NCBI GenBank assembly: GCA_902790415.1
Contig: CADARU010000003.1
Coordinates: forward strand, 1 to 59,232
Length of the DNA: 59,232 bases
Reading direction: 5' to 3'
Source: an uncultured Pseudomonadota bacterium
GTDB taxonomy: Bacteria; Pseudomonadota; Alphaproteobacteria; Rs-D84
In this document: one piece after another, positions 9,682-18,986 of the stretch
Numbering within the stretch: position 1 is the stretch's first letter
How the letters are laid out: each line of letters starts with the position of its first letter
Translations under genes and position numbers: made by a program
The notes under the pieces: generated by a model
What the model was told of the DNA's origin: nothing
Seen by the model: only the letters and a program-made list of their open reading frames with translations
The model's database searches: none

Positions 9682-10353
9682 ATGATGAAAAAATTAGAAC
9701 CTCTTTTTCAAGAAATAAATTGTTCGCATGCGTTTTGGGTCGGGAATTCAGACTGCGAGTATTTGGCGCAAATTGCGGATTTTATTGTGAATCAAAAATT
9801 CAAAATTGTATCGGTGCCATTTGATGTTGTTGGGCAAATATGGCCCTGGGTGGAAAATCAAAACATCAAGATAATAACCAGGTTTTCTGTTGATGCAACC
9901 CACGATATGGATTTTGTTGTGTCTGATTTTTCACAAAATGTATCAACAATGTTTCGTCATGGTGCAAACGGGGTTCAGGTTTTTATTCCGATTCGTTTAT
10001 TGCAGAATTTTGTCGCGGGTTTAATGCCTGTGCGGGACAACCTGTTTTTTGCCAGGTTTTTAAGCGTCGCCTTGGATATATCGCAAATCAAGGTAGATAT
10101 GTGGGACGATGTTTTTAGTGCGGTGCGCACATTGCGACCAAACGCATTGTTAATAACTTCGACCGGTGATGATTTTGATCGTTCTTCGGATTTTGTGGGA
10201 CGTATATTTACCATGTTGGAAAAATGGGATACGGATGCAGATTTGCATTTAATGTTTGAAAAAAATACGATGAAAATGATTCAAACGATTCGTTTGGTGC
10301 AAAAAATGCGTCCTGATTTAATGAAAAAACTAACCGTCTTTGTACGCAGTTAG
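9682..10353 (+). CDS. DeoC-like aldolase-fold protein lacking catalytic Lys
   Basis: F.IVSVP..VV, GANGVQV, LSVALD, LLITSTG versus DeoC FIKTSTG. Confidence 0.5.
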   Translation: MMKKLEPLFQEINCSHAFWVGNSDCEYLAQIADFIVNQKFKIVSVPFDVVGQIWPWVENQNIKIITRFSVDATHDMDFVVSDFSQNVSTMFRHGANGVQVFIPIRLLQNFVAGLMPVRDNLFFARFLSVALDISQIKVDMWDDVFSAVRTLRPNALLITSTGDDFDRSSDFVGRIFTMLEKWDTDADLHLMFEKNTMKMIQTIRLVQKMRPDLMKKLTVFVRS

Positions 10354-10357
10354 AAAA

Positions 10358-10987
10358 TCATTTGTTTTTTAATATTATGTATTTAGGCGAATCGGTGTGT
10401 GCCATATTTTTTTGTTGGTATCGTGTTTGAATTATTTCCGATTCGGTTGCATCGATTTTAAGCGATGTGTTTTTAACCTGGTCTAAAATCCAATCGTAAT
10501 ATCCCCAATGGTCGGTACCGATTATGATTTTACCGCCCGTTGCCAGGTTTTTAGATAATAAATTTAAAAATTCGCTACTTAATAAACGGCGTTTTTCATG
10601 TCGCGCCTTGGGCCAAGGGTCCGGGTGCAAAACCCAGATTTCAGAAAATTTATACTTCCCATTATTCAAAATTAAACGCACATCATCGGGCCAAACACGA
10701 ATATTTTTGTATTCATCTTTGATGTTGTTATCGCTATCACAGACAGCCGATAGCAGGGCGGCAACGCCATTTACAAACGGCTCGGCTCCGATAATAATTT
10801 TGTCCGGGTTTGCGATGGCAATTTCACGAACATGTTCACCGGCACCAAATCCTATTTCCAGAATTTCGTTGCTTTCCGATTCGTTTGGTGCGATTTTGGG
10901 TAAAATATTTTCCATCAGCCATGCTTTGCGGGCCGATAATTTTTTGCCATGACGGCGACCAAATGTTCTTATTTCTTGTTTTTCCAT
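10358..10987 (-). CDS. trmB: tRNA (guanine-N7)-methyltransferase
   Basis: LEIGFGAGEH, GAEPFVNG, HPDPWPKARHEKRRL, GTD. Confidence 0.95.
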   Translation of the reverse strand: MEKQEIRTFGRRHGKKLSARKAWLMENILPKIAPNESESNEILEIGFGAGEHVREIAIANPDKIIIGAEPFVNGVAALLSAVCDSDNNIKDEYKNIRVWPDDVRLILNNGKYKFSEIWVLHPDPWPKARHEKRRLLSSEFLNLLSKNLATGGKIIIGTDHWGYYDWILDQVKNTSLKIDATESEIIQTRYQQKNMAHTDSPKYIILKNK

Positions 10988-11032
10988 ATTTTTAGTATAA
11001 AATGCAAATATTGAAAATACAAGGATTTGATT

Positions 11033-12607
11033 ATGAGAACAGGTCTATCGGAAGATTTAATTGCACGCGTTTTGGGCGCGGCACCGAAATATACACTTGC
11101 AGAATTAGAGGAAAAATTTCCGCCGCGTAATTTACCGGATGGCGCGATGGTAACGCGTTTTGCCCCCAGTCCGACGGGGTATATGCATCTTGGTGGATTG
11201 TATAGTGGTTTGATTGATTATAAATTGGCACGGCAATCAGGCGGTAAATTTTTGTTGCGTATCGAAGATACTGATACCAAACGTGAGGTAAAAGAAGCGG
11301 TTGATTTGATAATAAATTCTTTGCAACGATTCGGAATCAAAAATGATAATGACGACCTGTATGGACCATATTACCAATCAAAGCGCAAAGATATTTACCA
11401 TTCAGTGGCGGCGGAATTGTTGCGTAATGGACATGCGTATCCGTGTTTTTTAACGCAAGAAGAAATGGACAATATCAGAGAAAATCAAAAGGCAGCGGGT
11501 TTTGCAACCGGTATTTATGGTGAATTTGCGCGTGATCGTGATATTAGTGCAGAAGAGATTATAAAACGCCTTGATAATGGCGAAGTGCCAACAATTCGTT
11601 TGTATTCAACCGGTGATCCAACAAAGCGCATAATTTTTAAAGATACGGTTCGTGGCTCTATTTCGGTTCCGGAAAATAACGAGGATATTGTTTTGATTAA
11701 ATCGACCGATCGGTTGCCGACATATCATTTTGCACATTTGTGTGATGACCACTTTATGCGTGTAACACATGTTGTGCGCGGTGAAGAATATTTCGGAACG
11801 GTTGCGTTACATATTCAAATGTTTCGTATGATGGGATGGCAATTACCAAACTATATTCATACGGCAACGCTTGATAAAATAGATGAAGAAACAGGAACAC
11901 AAAGAAAGTTGTCTAAACGCAAAGACCCGGAAAATAACGTAGATTTCTTTTTAGCTGGTGGTTGGCCAACAGATGCGGTGATTGAGTATTTGGGAAATAT
12001 TTTGGCACCAGGGTATGAAGAGGCCAAATTAAAAGGTGCGGTAAAAACTTTCTGGGAATATGAATTAAAGCCAAAGAAAATTCCAATGTCAGGTGGTTTG
12101 TTCGATATGAAGAAATTGGAATGGTGGGCAAAAGAGTATATAGGTAGCATGGCGGTTCCTGATTTGGTAAAATCTGTGACCGATTGGGCAAATGAATATG
12201 GTGATGAAAAACAAAAAATGCAGGTTGCGGATACAGATTATTTGATCGCTGTGTTGGCGATTGAACGTGATAATCCAAAACGTGTACGTAAAGATTTTAT
12301 TACTTGGAAACAGACACTGGAAATTGTGGAATTTTTCTGGGATGAATTGTTTGTTGCAAATACCGAATACGAATATAACCGCGATGTGTTAAAGGCATTT
12401 TTGGAAACGTTTAATATTGCTGATGATAAAGATACATGGTGGGATAAAATTGTTGCGGTTGCCGAAAAATTTGGTGTTAAAAATGGTGATGTGGCAATGA
12501 ATTTGCGTGTCGCGTTGTCGGGGCGCACAAATACACCGGACTTGTATTCCATAATGCAGGTAATTGGTGCCGATAGGGTGATTAAAAGAATAGAGAATAT
12601 GTTATGA
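11033..12607 (+). CDS. gltX: glutamate--tRNA ligase
   Basis: TRFAPSPTGYMHLGG, LRIEDTD, PTYHFAH..DDH, KLSKR. Confidence 0.95.
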   Translation: MRTGLSEDLIARVLGAAPKYTLAELEEKFPPRNLPDGAMVTRFAPSPTGYMHLGGLYSGLIDYKLARQSGGKFLLRIEDTDTKREVKEAVDLIINSLQRFGIKNDNDDLYGPYYQSKRKDIYHSVAAELLRNGHAYPCFLTQEEMDNIRENQKAAGFATGIYGEFARDRDISAEEIIKRLDNGEVPTIRLYSTGDPTKRIIFKDTVRGSISVPENNEDIVLIKSTDRLPTYHFAHLCDDHFMRVTHVVRGEEYFGTVALHIQMFRMMGWQLPNYIHTATLDKIDEETGTQRKLSKRKDPENNVDFFLAGGWPTDAVIEYLGNILAPGYEEAKLKGAVKTFWEYELKPKKIPMSGGLFDMKKLEWWAKEYIGSMAVPDLVKSVTDWANEYGDEKQKMQVADTDYLIAVLAIERDNPKRVRKDFITWKQTLEIVEFFWDELFVANTEYEYNRDVLKAFLETFNIADDKDTWWDKIVAVAEKFGVKNGDVAMNLRVALSGRTNTPDLYSIMQVIGADRVIKRIENML

Positions 12608-13356
12608 CAAAAACAACACGTGTCGTTAGAAAACGTTTAAAACAGGTTCATGGTGATAAACACGCATCGCGTTTGTTGCGGGTGTTGCGTGCAACGGGCT
12701 TGTTTCGTTGGGAACGCCGTTCAACCCATGCCGAAGAATTACTAAATGTTCTAACCCATGGTATTGGTATAGGGCTTGCAATCGCGGGCTTGACATTATT
12801 GGTGGTGTTTGCGGCAATGTATGGTAATGCGTGGTCGGTGGTGTCCTGTGCGATTTTTGGCGCGACAATGTTCACACTTTATTTTGGTTCAACAATGTGT
12901 CATATAACCATCGGTCGTAAAAGTGAGTGTTTCTTTGAAGTATGGGACAGTGTCGCTATCTATGCGTTGATTGCCGGGACATACACGCCTTTTTTGTTGG
13001 TGAATTTACGTGGGCCCCTGGGGTGGACGGTGTTTGGAATTTTATGGGCGATTGTTTTGTTTGGTTCTGTTGTCAAAATTCGTAACCCCCGTCAACAGCC
13101 GAAATGGGTTGTCGCACTGTATTTAATAATGGGATGGACGTTGTTATTTATTTTGCCAGAAATGTTACGTAATATATCGCCGCGCGGTATGTGGTTTATA
13201 TTGGCGGGTGGTTTGTCGTACAGTTTTGGTGTGTTGTTTTACCTGTGGCGGAAATTAAAATTTTCGCATGCTATTTGGCATTTGTTTGTGATTGGGGGAA
13301 CGGTTTGTTTCTTTTTTGCGGTTCTATATGGCGCAATTCTTGATATTGCTGTATAA
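12604..13356 (+). CDS. hemolysin III / PAQR family membrane protein (TrhA-like)
   Basis: EE..N..THG, IAGTYTPF, YLIMGW, GGLSYSFG, HAIWHLFV. Confidence 0.92.
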   Translation: MTKTTRVVRKRLKQVHGDKHASRLLRVLRATGLFRWERRSTHAEELLNVLTHGIGIGLAIAGLTLLVVFAAMYGNAWSVVSCAIFGATMFTLYFGSTMCHITIGRKSECFFEVWDSVAIYALIAGTYTPFLLVNLRGPLGWTVFGILWAIVLFGSVVKIRNPRQQPKWVVALYLIMGWTLLFILPEMLRNISPRGMWFILAGGLSYSFGVLFYLWRKLKFSHAIWHLFVIGGTVCFFFAVLYGAILDIAV

Positions 13357-13359
13357 AAC

Positions 13360-13388
13360 TTGACATTAAAAACAAAAAGTACTAGAAT
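13360..13388 (+). promoter_or_regulatory. sigma70 promoter for thrS leader
   Basis: TTGACA(13360)-N17-TAGAAT(13383). Confidence 0.8.
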
Positions 13389-13396
13389 TACAGAAA

Positions 13397-13459
13397 ATGA
13401 TTAAGTTTAATTTTATCTTTACTACATTTACAACTACAACCCCGTTTGGGGTACGGTAA
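13397..13459 (+). CDS. Thr-rich leader peptide of thrS (MIKFNFIFTTFTTTTPFGVR)
   Basis: 20-codon ORF with 6 Thr among 7 consecutive codons, between a consensus promoter and thrS. Confidence 0.8.
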   Translation: MIKFNFIFTTFTTTTPFGVR

Positions 13460-13541
13460 TTTCTATTTGCCTTTTTGTGGGCGCATTTATATAATCAAAC
13501 AGTAAAAAAAAAGAACAATTTAAAACAGTAAGGATTTTATT

Positions 13542-15299
13542 ATGTCTTATCCAATTGAATTAATTCGTCATTCGCTGGCACACGTTATGGCGGCGGCGGT
13601 AAAAAAGTTGCACCCGGATGTTAAATTTGCGGGTGGCCCGGCGATTGAAAACGGGTTCTATTATGATTTTGATACCGATTATCGTTTTTCCGAAGATGAT
13701 TTTGAAAAAATCGAAAAAGAAATGCGTGAACTTATCAAATCGAACGGTCGTTTTGAACAAAGAATCATTGATTTAGATGAAGCAAAGCAGATATTCGCAG
13801 ACCAACCATACAAAATGGAATGGTTGAACGAATATGATGCGGCAGGGGAAAAGTTATCTATCTATACTTTCCGCGACTTTACCGATTTGTGTCGTGGTCC
13901 ACACGTTGAAAGTTCCAAAGATTTACCGCGTGATGGTTTCAAGATTCGCAGTGTCGCCGGTGCGTATTGGAAGGGTGATTCCAAAAATAAAATGTTGCAA
14001 CGTATCTATGTTGATGCGTTTGCCAGCAAGGAAGAATTGGATAATTTTTTGAAAATACAGGAAGAAGCGGCGAAACGCGACCATAGAAAACTTGGCCCAG
14101 CGTTGGGGTTGTTCTTCTTTGATGAAAGATCCCCAGGGGTTCCGTACTATATGCCAAATGGTTGGATTGTTTATCGTGAATTGTATAACTTTTGGTCTGA
14201 ATATCATGAGAAACATGGCTACTTGGAATTTCGTTCACCACTTATGAACAAAAAGGAGTTATACGAAACAAGTGGACACTGGGATCATTATAAGGATGAT
14301 ATGTTTGTGTTCAAAGAAGATGATAATAATGTGTTTTGTTTGGCACCTATGTCTTGTCCGAATGCGATTGTAGCATATCAACATGAACCAAAGAGTTATC
14401 ATGATTTGCCTTGGCGTATGGCTGATGCAGATATGTTGTATCGCTATGAAAGTTCTGGTGCCTTGAATGGTTTGTTTAGAACATATGAATTTAACCAAGA
14501 TGATGCTCATATTTTCATTAGTGAAGATATGATAGAAGATGAATACAACAGAATTCTTGATATAGTTCAATATTTTTATAAATTATTTGATATCAAATGT
14601 TTTATAAGATTTTCAACCAGACCCGATGATTTTATGGGCGATATCGAAACTTGGAACAAAGCTGAATCTATATTAAAGAAAATATTAACGAATCGTTTTG
14701 GTGAAAATGGGTTTGGTATTCAAGAAAAAGATGGGGCCTTTTACGGGCCAAAATTGGACATCAAGATTGTAGACAGTCTTGGTCGTGAATGGCAGGCTGG
14801 AACAATTCAGCTGGATTTCCAGTTGCCACGAAACTTTAACTGTGTTTATACGGACAAAGATGGTAACAAGAAAACCCCAATTATTGTCCATCGTACCGTT
14901 TATGGTTCCTTGGGCCGGTTTATGGGGTTGATGTTAGAGCATTTGTCTGGTAAATTACCGGTATGGTTGTCTCCGGTACATGCAGTAATTATTCCGATTT
15001 CTGATCGTTGCAAAGAATACGCAGATAGCATTGCGGAAAAATTGCAGGATGTAGAAATAAGAACGGCTACTTCTGGATTACGTATCAAAAAAGATTATTC
15101 TTCCGAAAGTATGCAGAAAAAAATACGTAATGCACAATTAAAACAGGTGCCATACATGATTATTGTTGGTGAAAAAGAATTAGAATCGCAAACAATATCT
15201 GTCAGACGTCGTGATGGAAAGCAAGAGTTCAATGTCAAATTGGAAAATTTTATTGAAAAGTTAAAAAGTAAAATTAAAAACAGAGATTTGGACATTTAA
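13542..15299 (+). CDS. thrS: threonine--tRNA ligase (no N-terminal TGS domain)
   Basis: RHSLAH and DLCRGPH editing domain, RDHRKLG, SGHW, PMSCP, QDDAHIF, GAFYGPK, IVHR, anticodon-binding domain. Confidence 0.97.
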   Translation: MSYPIELIRHSLAHVMAAAVKKLHPDVKFAGGPAIENGFYYDFDTDYRFSEDDFEKIEKEMRELIKSNGRFEQRIIDLDEAKQIFADQPYKMEWLNEYDAAGEKLSIYTFRDFTDLCRGPHVESSKDLPRDGFKIRSVAGAYWKGDSKNKMLQRIYVDAFASKEELDNFLKIQEEAAKRDHRKLGPALGLFFFDERSPGVPYYMPNGWIVYRELYNFWSEYHEKHGYLEFRSPLMNKKELYETSGHWDHYKDDMFVFKEDDNNVFCLAPMSCPNAIVAYQHEPKSYHDLPWRMADADMLYRYESSGALNGLFRTYEFNQDDAHIFISEDMIEDEYNRILDIVQYFYKLFDIKCFIRFSTRPDDFMGDIETWNKAESILKKILTNRFGENGFGIQEKDGAFYGPKLDIKIVDSLGREWQAGTIQLDFQLPRNFNCVYTDKDGNKKTPIIVHRTVYGSLGRFMGLMLEHLSGKLPVWLSPVHAVIIPISDRCKEYADSIAEKLQDVEIRTATSGLRIKKDYSSESMQKKIRNAQLKQVPYMIIVGEKELESQTISVRRRDGKQEFNVKLENFIEKLKSKIKNRDLDI

Positions 15300-15325
15300 T
15301 GCGTTTGCGTGTGCAAAAAACCTGT

Positions 15326-15349
15326 TGCCCCAATCTTTTGATTGGGGCA
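15326..15349 (+). terminator. hairpin downstream of thrS
   Basis: TGCCCCAATC-tttt-GATTGGGGCA perfect 10-bp stem; no good U tract. Confidence 0.5.
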
Positions 15350-15373
15350 TAATTGATACAAAAGGGATTTAGT

Positions 15374-15514
15374 ATGAAAAAAATAATTTTGATTTTTACA
15401 ATATTGGTACCGGTCTTTTTGGCGGCATGTGCGGGATGTGAAACAGAACCAATCGTGGAAGAAAATCACAAATTAATTGTGCCGCCAAATTTTGGTGCAA
15501 AACCTGCAAAATAA
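15374..15514 (+). CDS. small lipoprotein (46 aa; DUF3035-like LIVPPNF motif)
   Basis: RBS AAGGG; MKKIILIFTILVPVFLAAC lipobox; below the ORF-track size cutoff. Confidence 0.75.
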   Translation: MKKIILIFTILVPVFLAACAGCETEPIVEENHKLIVPPNFGAKPAK

Positions 15515-15569
15515 ATTTGGTTATGTCGTTTTTTTATGATATAATGCTCTCAACAAGGGAGAATTCACA

Positions 15570-16409
15570 ATGAACGACGAAAATTTGGACTTATTAGATT
15601 TAGATGACACAGAAGAATCTGTGGATGATACTTTGCCAGAGGCAACGGCCTATGCGGCACCGCGCCCACATCGTCCATGGTTACTGATGGGAATTGGTAT
15701 TGCGGTCATCGTTTTGGCGGTGTTTGTAATTATTCGTGTCGTGGGCAATAATTCATCTTCTTCTATGGAAGTTGATTTGGGTGCACCAATCGTTGTGGAA
15801 GAAAGACCTGTGGAAATTATCGGGGCTGATGCGGCACAACCGGTGGTGGCGGAACCGGTACCGGTGGCAAACGTTATGCCAAATCCGAAGGTTGCGCCTG
15901 ATGCGGGACGCGTGGCACCGGTGGTACAACCACAACCTGTGGCGCAAAATGTTCAGGTTGCAACACAACAACCGGTTAATGCTGAACCGTCTGTACGTGT
16001 TATTCAAGATAGAAAAGAAGTGAAATTTAATCCACAACAAGAAACGGCGGCCCCAAAGCCCGTTCCGGTTGCGGCACCCAAAACGGTAAAAACTGCGACT
16101 AAGCCCAAGGCGGTTGCAAAACCTGCGCCAAAAACCGCGACAAAGACAACGCAGAAGGTTGCAAACGGTGGTTGGTATGTGCAATTTGGGTCTTATGGTA
16201 CACGTGAAGCCGCCGCGGCTGCAGAAAAAAAGATACGTGCCGGACATGCAAGTTTATTCCAAGGTAAACAGTTTGTTATTTTGGCGGCGGTTTTGCCTAA
16301 TGGTCAAACAACATACAGATTGCGTATCGCGTTCGCGTCATCTAATGATGCCAGTGGATTCTGCCAAAACGCAAAATCCGATGGTCTGGATTGCTATGTT
16401 GCGAAATAA
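15570..16409 (+). CDS. SPOR-domain cell division protein (FtsN-like)
   Basis: acidic N-terminus, one TM helix, P/A/K/V-rich linker, WYVQFGSY...YRLRI..FC..AK..G.DC SPOR domain. Confidence 0.88.
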   Translation: MNDENLDLLDLDDTEESVDDTLPEATAYAAPRPHRPWLLMGIGIAVIVLAVFVIIRVVGNNSSSSMEVDLGAPIVVEERPVEIIGADAAQPVVAEPVPVANVMPNPKVAPDAGRVAPVVQPQPVAQNVQVATQQPVNAEPSVRVIQDRKEVKFNPQQETAAPKPVPVAAPKTVKTATKPKAVAKPAPKTATKTTQKVANGGWYVQFGSYGTREAAAAAEKKIRAGHASLFQGKQFVILAAVLPNGQTTYRLRIAFASSNDASGFCQNAKSDGLDCYVAK

Positions 16410-16428
16410 TAATTGAAAGGAGATTATT

Positions 16429-16680
16429 ATGTTTGGAAGATTAGGTTGGGCCGAAATACTGATAATTGTTGTATTGCTGGTTATATTGTTTGGCAGTGCG
16501 AAAATTCCGGGGATGATGCGTAATTTGGCAAACGGTATAAACGTGTTTAAAAAAGAAATGAAGAAAGACACCGATAAAAAAGAACCGGTTAACACAATTG
16601 CGAAACCGGTAAAGAAATCGAAACCGGTGGCAAAAAAATCTGGCGCGAAAAAGCCGGCACGTTTGATTAAGAAAAAATAA
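16429..16680 (+). CDS. tatA: twin-arginine translocase TatA
   Basis: GWAEILIIVVLLVILFGSAKIP...LANGINVFKKEM. Confidence 0.92.
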   Translation: MFGRLGWAEILIIVVLLVILFGSAKIPGMMRNLANGINVFKKEMKKDTDKKEPVNTIAKPVKKSKPVAKKSGAKKPARLIKKK

Positions 16681-16683
16681 TAA

Positions 16684-16712
16684 AAAAACGCCCGTTTGGG
16701 CGTTTTTATTTT
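16684..16712. terminator. bidirectional intrinsic terminator between tatA and dksA
   Basis: AAAAACGCCC-gttt-GGGCGTTTTT between convergent genes. Confidence 0.85.
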
Positions 16713-16725
16713 TATATTTTTTATC

Positions 16726-17157
16726 TTAGCCGTTTTTCTGTTCGTGTTCTTCTTGTTCTTCTATTGTCATTGTGGCCAAGGGGCGCGCAATCATTCGCGG
16801 CAAACCAATTTCATCACCGGAAATAACACTGTATCCATAGGTTCCGTTTTCAATACGTTCTAATGCCTGGTTTATTTTTGTTAATAAATTGCTTTCACGT
16901 TGAGATATGCGCAATGTCAACGATATGTCTTGTTCGGCGGTTGCGTTGTCAGATGGGTCGCCAATGTTTATCGTTGTTTCTTTGGTCATAGCACTAACCG
17001 AATTAAGTGCACTGGCATTTTGTTGCAATATTTCCGCCTTTTGTGCAGATAACAACTGGTAAAAATATGCCAAATGTTCCGGGCACATATATGGTTCGGA
17101 TTTTTTTGGTACATATTTAGGTGGCAGTTCAATACTTTTATAATCTTTTTTTGCCAT
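16726..17157 (-). CDS. dksA: RNA polymerase-binding transcription factor DksA
   Basis: YVP...EPYM, DPSDNA coiled-coil tip, KINQALERIENGTYG, R..ARP.A...IEEQE. Confidence 0.9.
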   Translation of the reverse strand: MAKKDYKSIELPPKYVPKKSEPYMCPEHLAYFYQLLSAQKAEILQQNASALNSVSAMTKETTINIGDPSDNATAEQDISLTLRISQRESNLLTKINQALERIENGTYGYSVISGDEIGLPRMIARPLATMTIEEQEEHEQKNG

Positions 17158-17161
17158 GGGA

Positions 17162-17482
17162 TTATTCTCCTTGTAATTCGTGAATCCAATCGGTCAGTGT
17201 ATCTTCATCCATCAAACCACTGCGTGCTTCAACCAATTCGCCGTTTTTAAATGCCAGCACAGATGGAATACCACGGATACCAAATTTTGCCGGGGTACGT
17301 CTGTTGTTGTCATCAACTTCGAATTTTACGAAATTAACGTTTGATATTTTTTCAGATGTTGCTTCGAAAATAGGGCCAAACATGCGGCATGGTCCACACC
17401 ACGGTGCCCAAAAATCAACAAGTGTTAAGCCACTGGCCGTTAATTCGGAAAATGTTTCATCGTTAGCATGTTTTACAGCCAT
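17162..17482 (-). CDS. trxA: thioredoxin
   Basis: VDFWAPWCGPC, IRGIP; start 17482 after GGAG RBS. Confidence 0.95.
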   Translation of the reverse strand: MAVKHANDETFSELTASGLTLVDFWAPWCGPCRMFGPIFEATSEKISNVNFVKFEVDDNNRRTPAKFGIRGIPSVLAFKNGELVEARSGLMDEDTLTDWIHELQGE

Positions 17483-17555
17483 CTTTTTCTCCTTTTTTAT
17501 TGATATTCTGGTTAAGTTTATTATAATCATCAAAAAAAGCAAGAGAAAACATAAA

Positions 17556-18671
17556 ATGAATAAAATCATATATTTAGACGCGGCCGCCAGTGCGCAAAAA
17601 CCCGCATCTGTTATAAAGGCAGAAGTTGATTTTTTACAAAATTCGTATGCGAATTCTGGACGTGGTATTTGCAATCGTAGTGTGGCCGTTGATGATATGG
17701 TTGCATCGGCGCGCGCGCATGTCGCAAAATTTATAAATGCTGATACTAATCAGATTGTTTTTACTTCGGGTGCAACAGATGGATTAAATCGTGTTGTTAA
17801 TATTATTTCATCGCAACCGTGGTATTCTAAAATATCAACATTTGCGGTATCTGATTTAGACCATCACTCGGCGCGTTTGCCATGGCAAGAATCTTTGCGT
17901 GCCGGAAATTTTCATAAGATGTACGTATGTGAATTGGATGAAAATTTTGATATTAAAATAGATTCGATTCCAAGAACTGACTTTTTGGTTGTAACCGCTA
18001 TGTCTAACGTTTTGGGTCGCGGTCAAGATGTTGAAAAAATAATTGCGGCGGCGCGTGAAAAAAATCCGCATGTTGTAACGGTTGTCGATGCATCGCAATA
18101 TGTTGTGCATAGTGAAATAGATGTGAAAAAATGGGACTGTGATTTCTTGGTGTTTTCTGGACACAAAATTGGTGCAGATACTGGTGTTGGGGTTTTATAT
18201 ATACGTGATTCTGCAAGATATTGGCCCGAAAAATTTGGTGGTGGCATGGTTGTTAAAACCGATGAAAAACAAACGACTTTCGCCGCATCGCCCGATAAGT
18301 GGGAGGCCGGAACTCTGCCGTTGACACAAATCATAGGGTTGGATGTGGCATTGGATGAAATTGAAAAAAATCGTCCGGATTTAAATTTGATAAAATATGC
18401 CTATGATGAATTATCAAAAATCCCATCGGTAAAAATATTAACCGCGCGTGATGCGGCGATATTAAGTTTTATTGTGGATAATATGCACCCATTAGATGTT
18501 GGTGCAATATTGGGGGCACATGATATATGTGTGCGCGCGGGTAATATGTGTGCGTCTTGGATACATAAACGTATGGGGATTCCTGGGTCGGTGCGTATAT
18601 CTGTTGGCACATGGAATACAATGGATGATATTAAAACCGTTGTGGATATTATCAAGAATATAGTGAAATAA
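17556..18671 (+). CDS. sufS: cysteine desulfurase SufS (class V aminotransferase)
   Basis: YLDAAASAQKP, DHHS, DASQ, FSGHK, EAGT, VRAGNMC. Confidence 0.9.
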   Translation: MNKIIYLDAAASAQKPASVIKAEVDFLQNSYANSGRGICNRSVAVDDMVASARAHVAKFINADTNQIVFTSGATDGLNRVVNIISSQPWYSKISTFAVSDLDHHSARLPWQESLRAGNFHKMYVCELDENFDIKIDSIPRTDFLVVTAMSNVLGRGQDVEKIIAAAREKNPHVVTVVDASQYVVHSEIDVKKWDCDFLVFSGHKIGADTGVGVLYIRDSARYWPEKFGGGMVVKTDEKQTTFAASPDKWEAGTLPLTQIIGLDVALDEIEKNRPDLNLIKYAYDELSKIPSVKILTARDAAILSFIVDNMHPLDVGAILGAHDICVRAGNMCASWIHKRMGIPGSVRISVGTWNTMDDIKTVVDIIKNIVK

Positions 18672-18673
18672 AA

Positions 18674-18985
18674 ATGGTTACACGTGAACAAATTATTGAA
18701 AAACTGAAAAATATTTTTGATCCAGAAATACCGGTTAATATTTGGGATATGGGGTTGATATACGATATTTCTATATCCGATTCGCAGGTTGTGATAAAAA
18801 TGACTTTTACCAGTCCAACATGTCCCATGATGGAAGAATTGTTAGAACAGGTTAGGGCGGCGGTACAATCTGTGTCTGGTGAAATTCCGGTGCGTGTTGA
18901 TTTGGTGTGGGAACCGGCGTGGGATTTGTCGCGTATGTCAGATGCGGCAAAAATAGAATTAGATTTAACAAATCAGGGATGGTGA
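18674..18985 (+). CDS. sufT: Fe-S assembly protein SufT (DUF59)
   Basis: DPEIPVNIWDMGLIY, TSPTCP, VWEPAW. Confidence 0.9.
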   Translation: MVTREQIIEKLKNIFDPEIPVNIWDMGLIYDISISDSQVVIKMTFTSPTCPMMEELLEQVRAAVQSVSGEIPVRVDLVWEPAWDLSRMSDAAKIELDLTNQGW

Positions 18986-18986
18986 T

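Noticed and set aside
13389..13541. T-box riboswitch upstream of thrS
   Set aside because: The leader is too short and has no UGGNACC T-box bulge or stem I; the Thr-codon uORF explains it better.
17304..17674. Overlapping N-terminal extensions of trxA and sufS in the ORF track
   Set aside because: Family homology starts at 17482 (minus) and 17556 (plus); the extensions are upstream in-frame starts.
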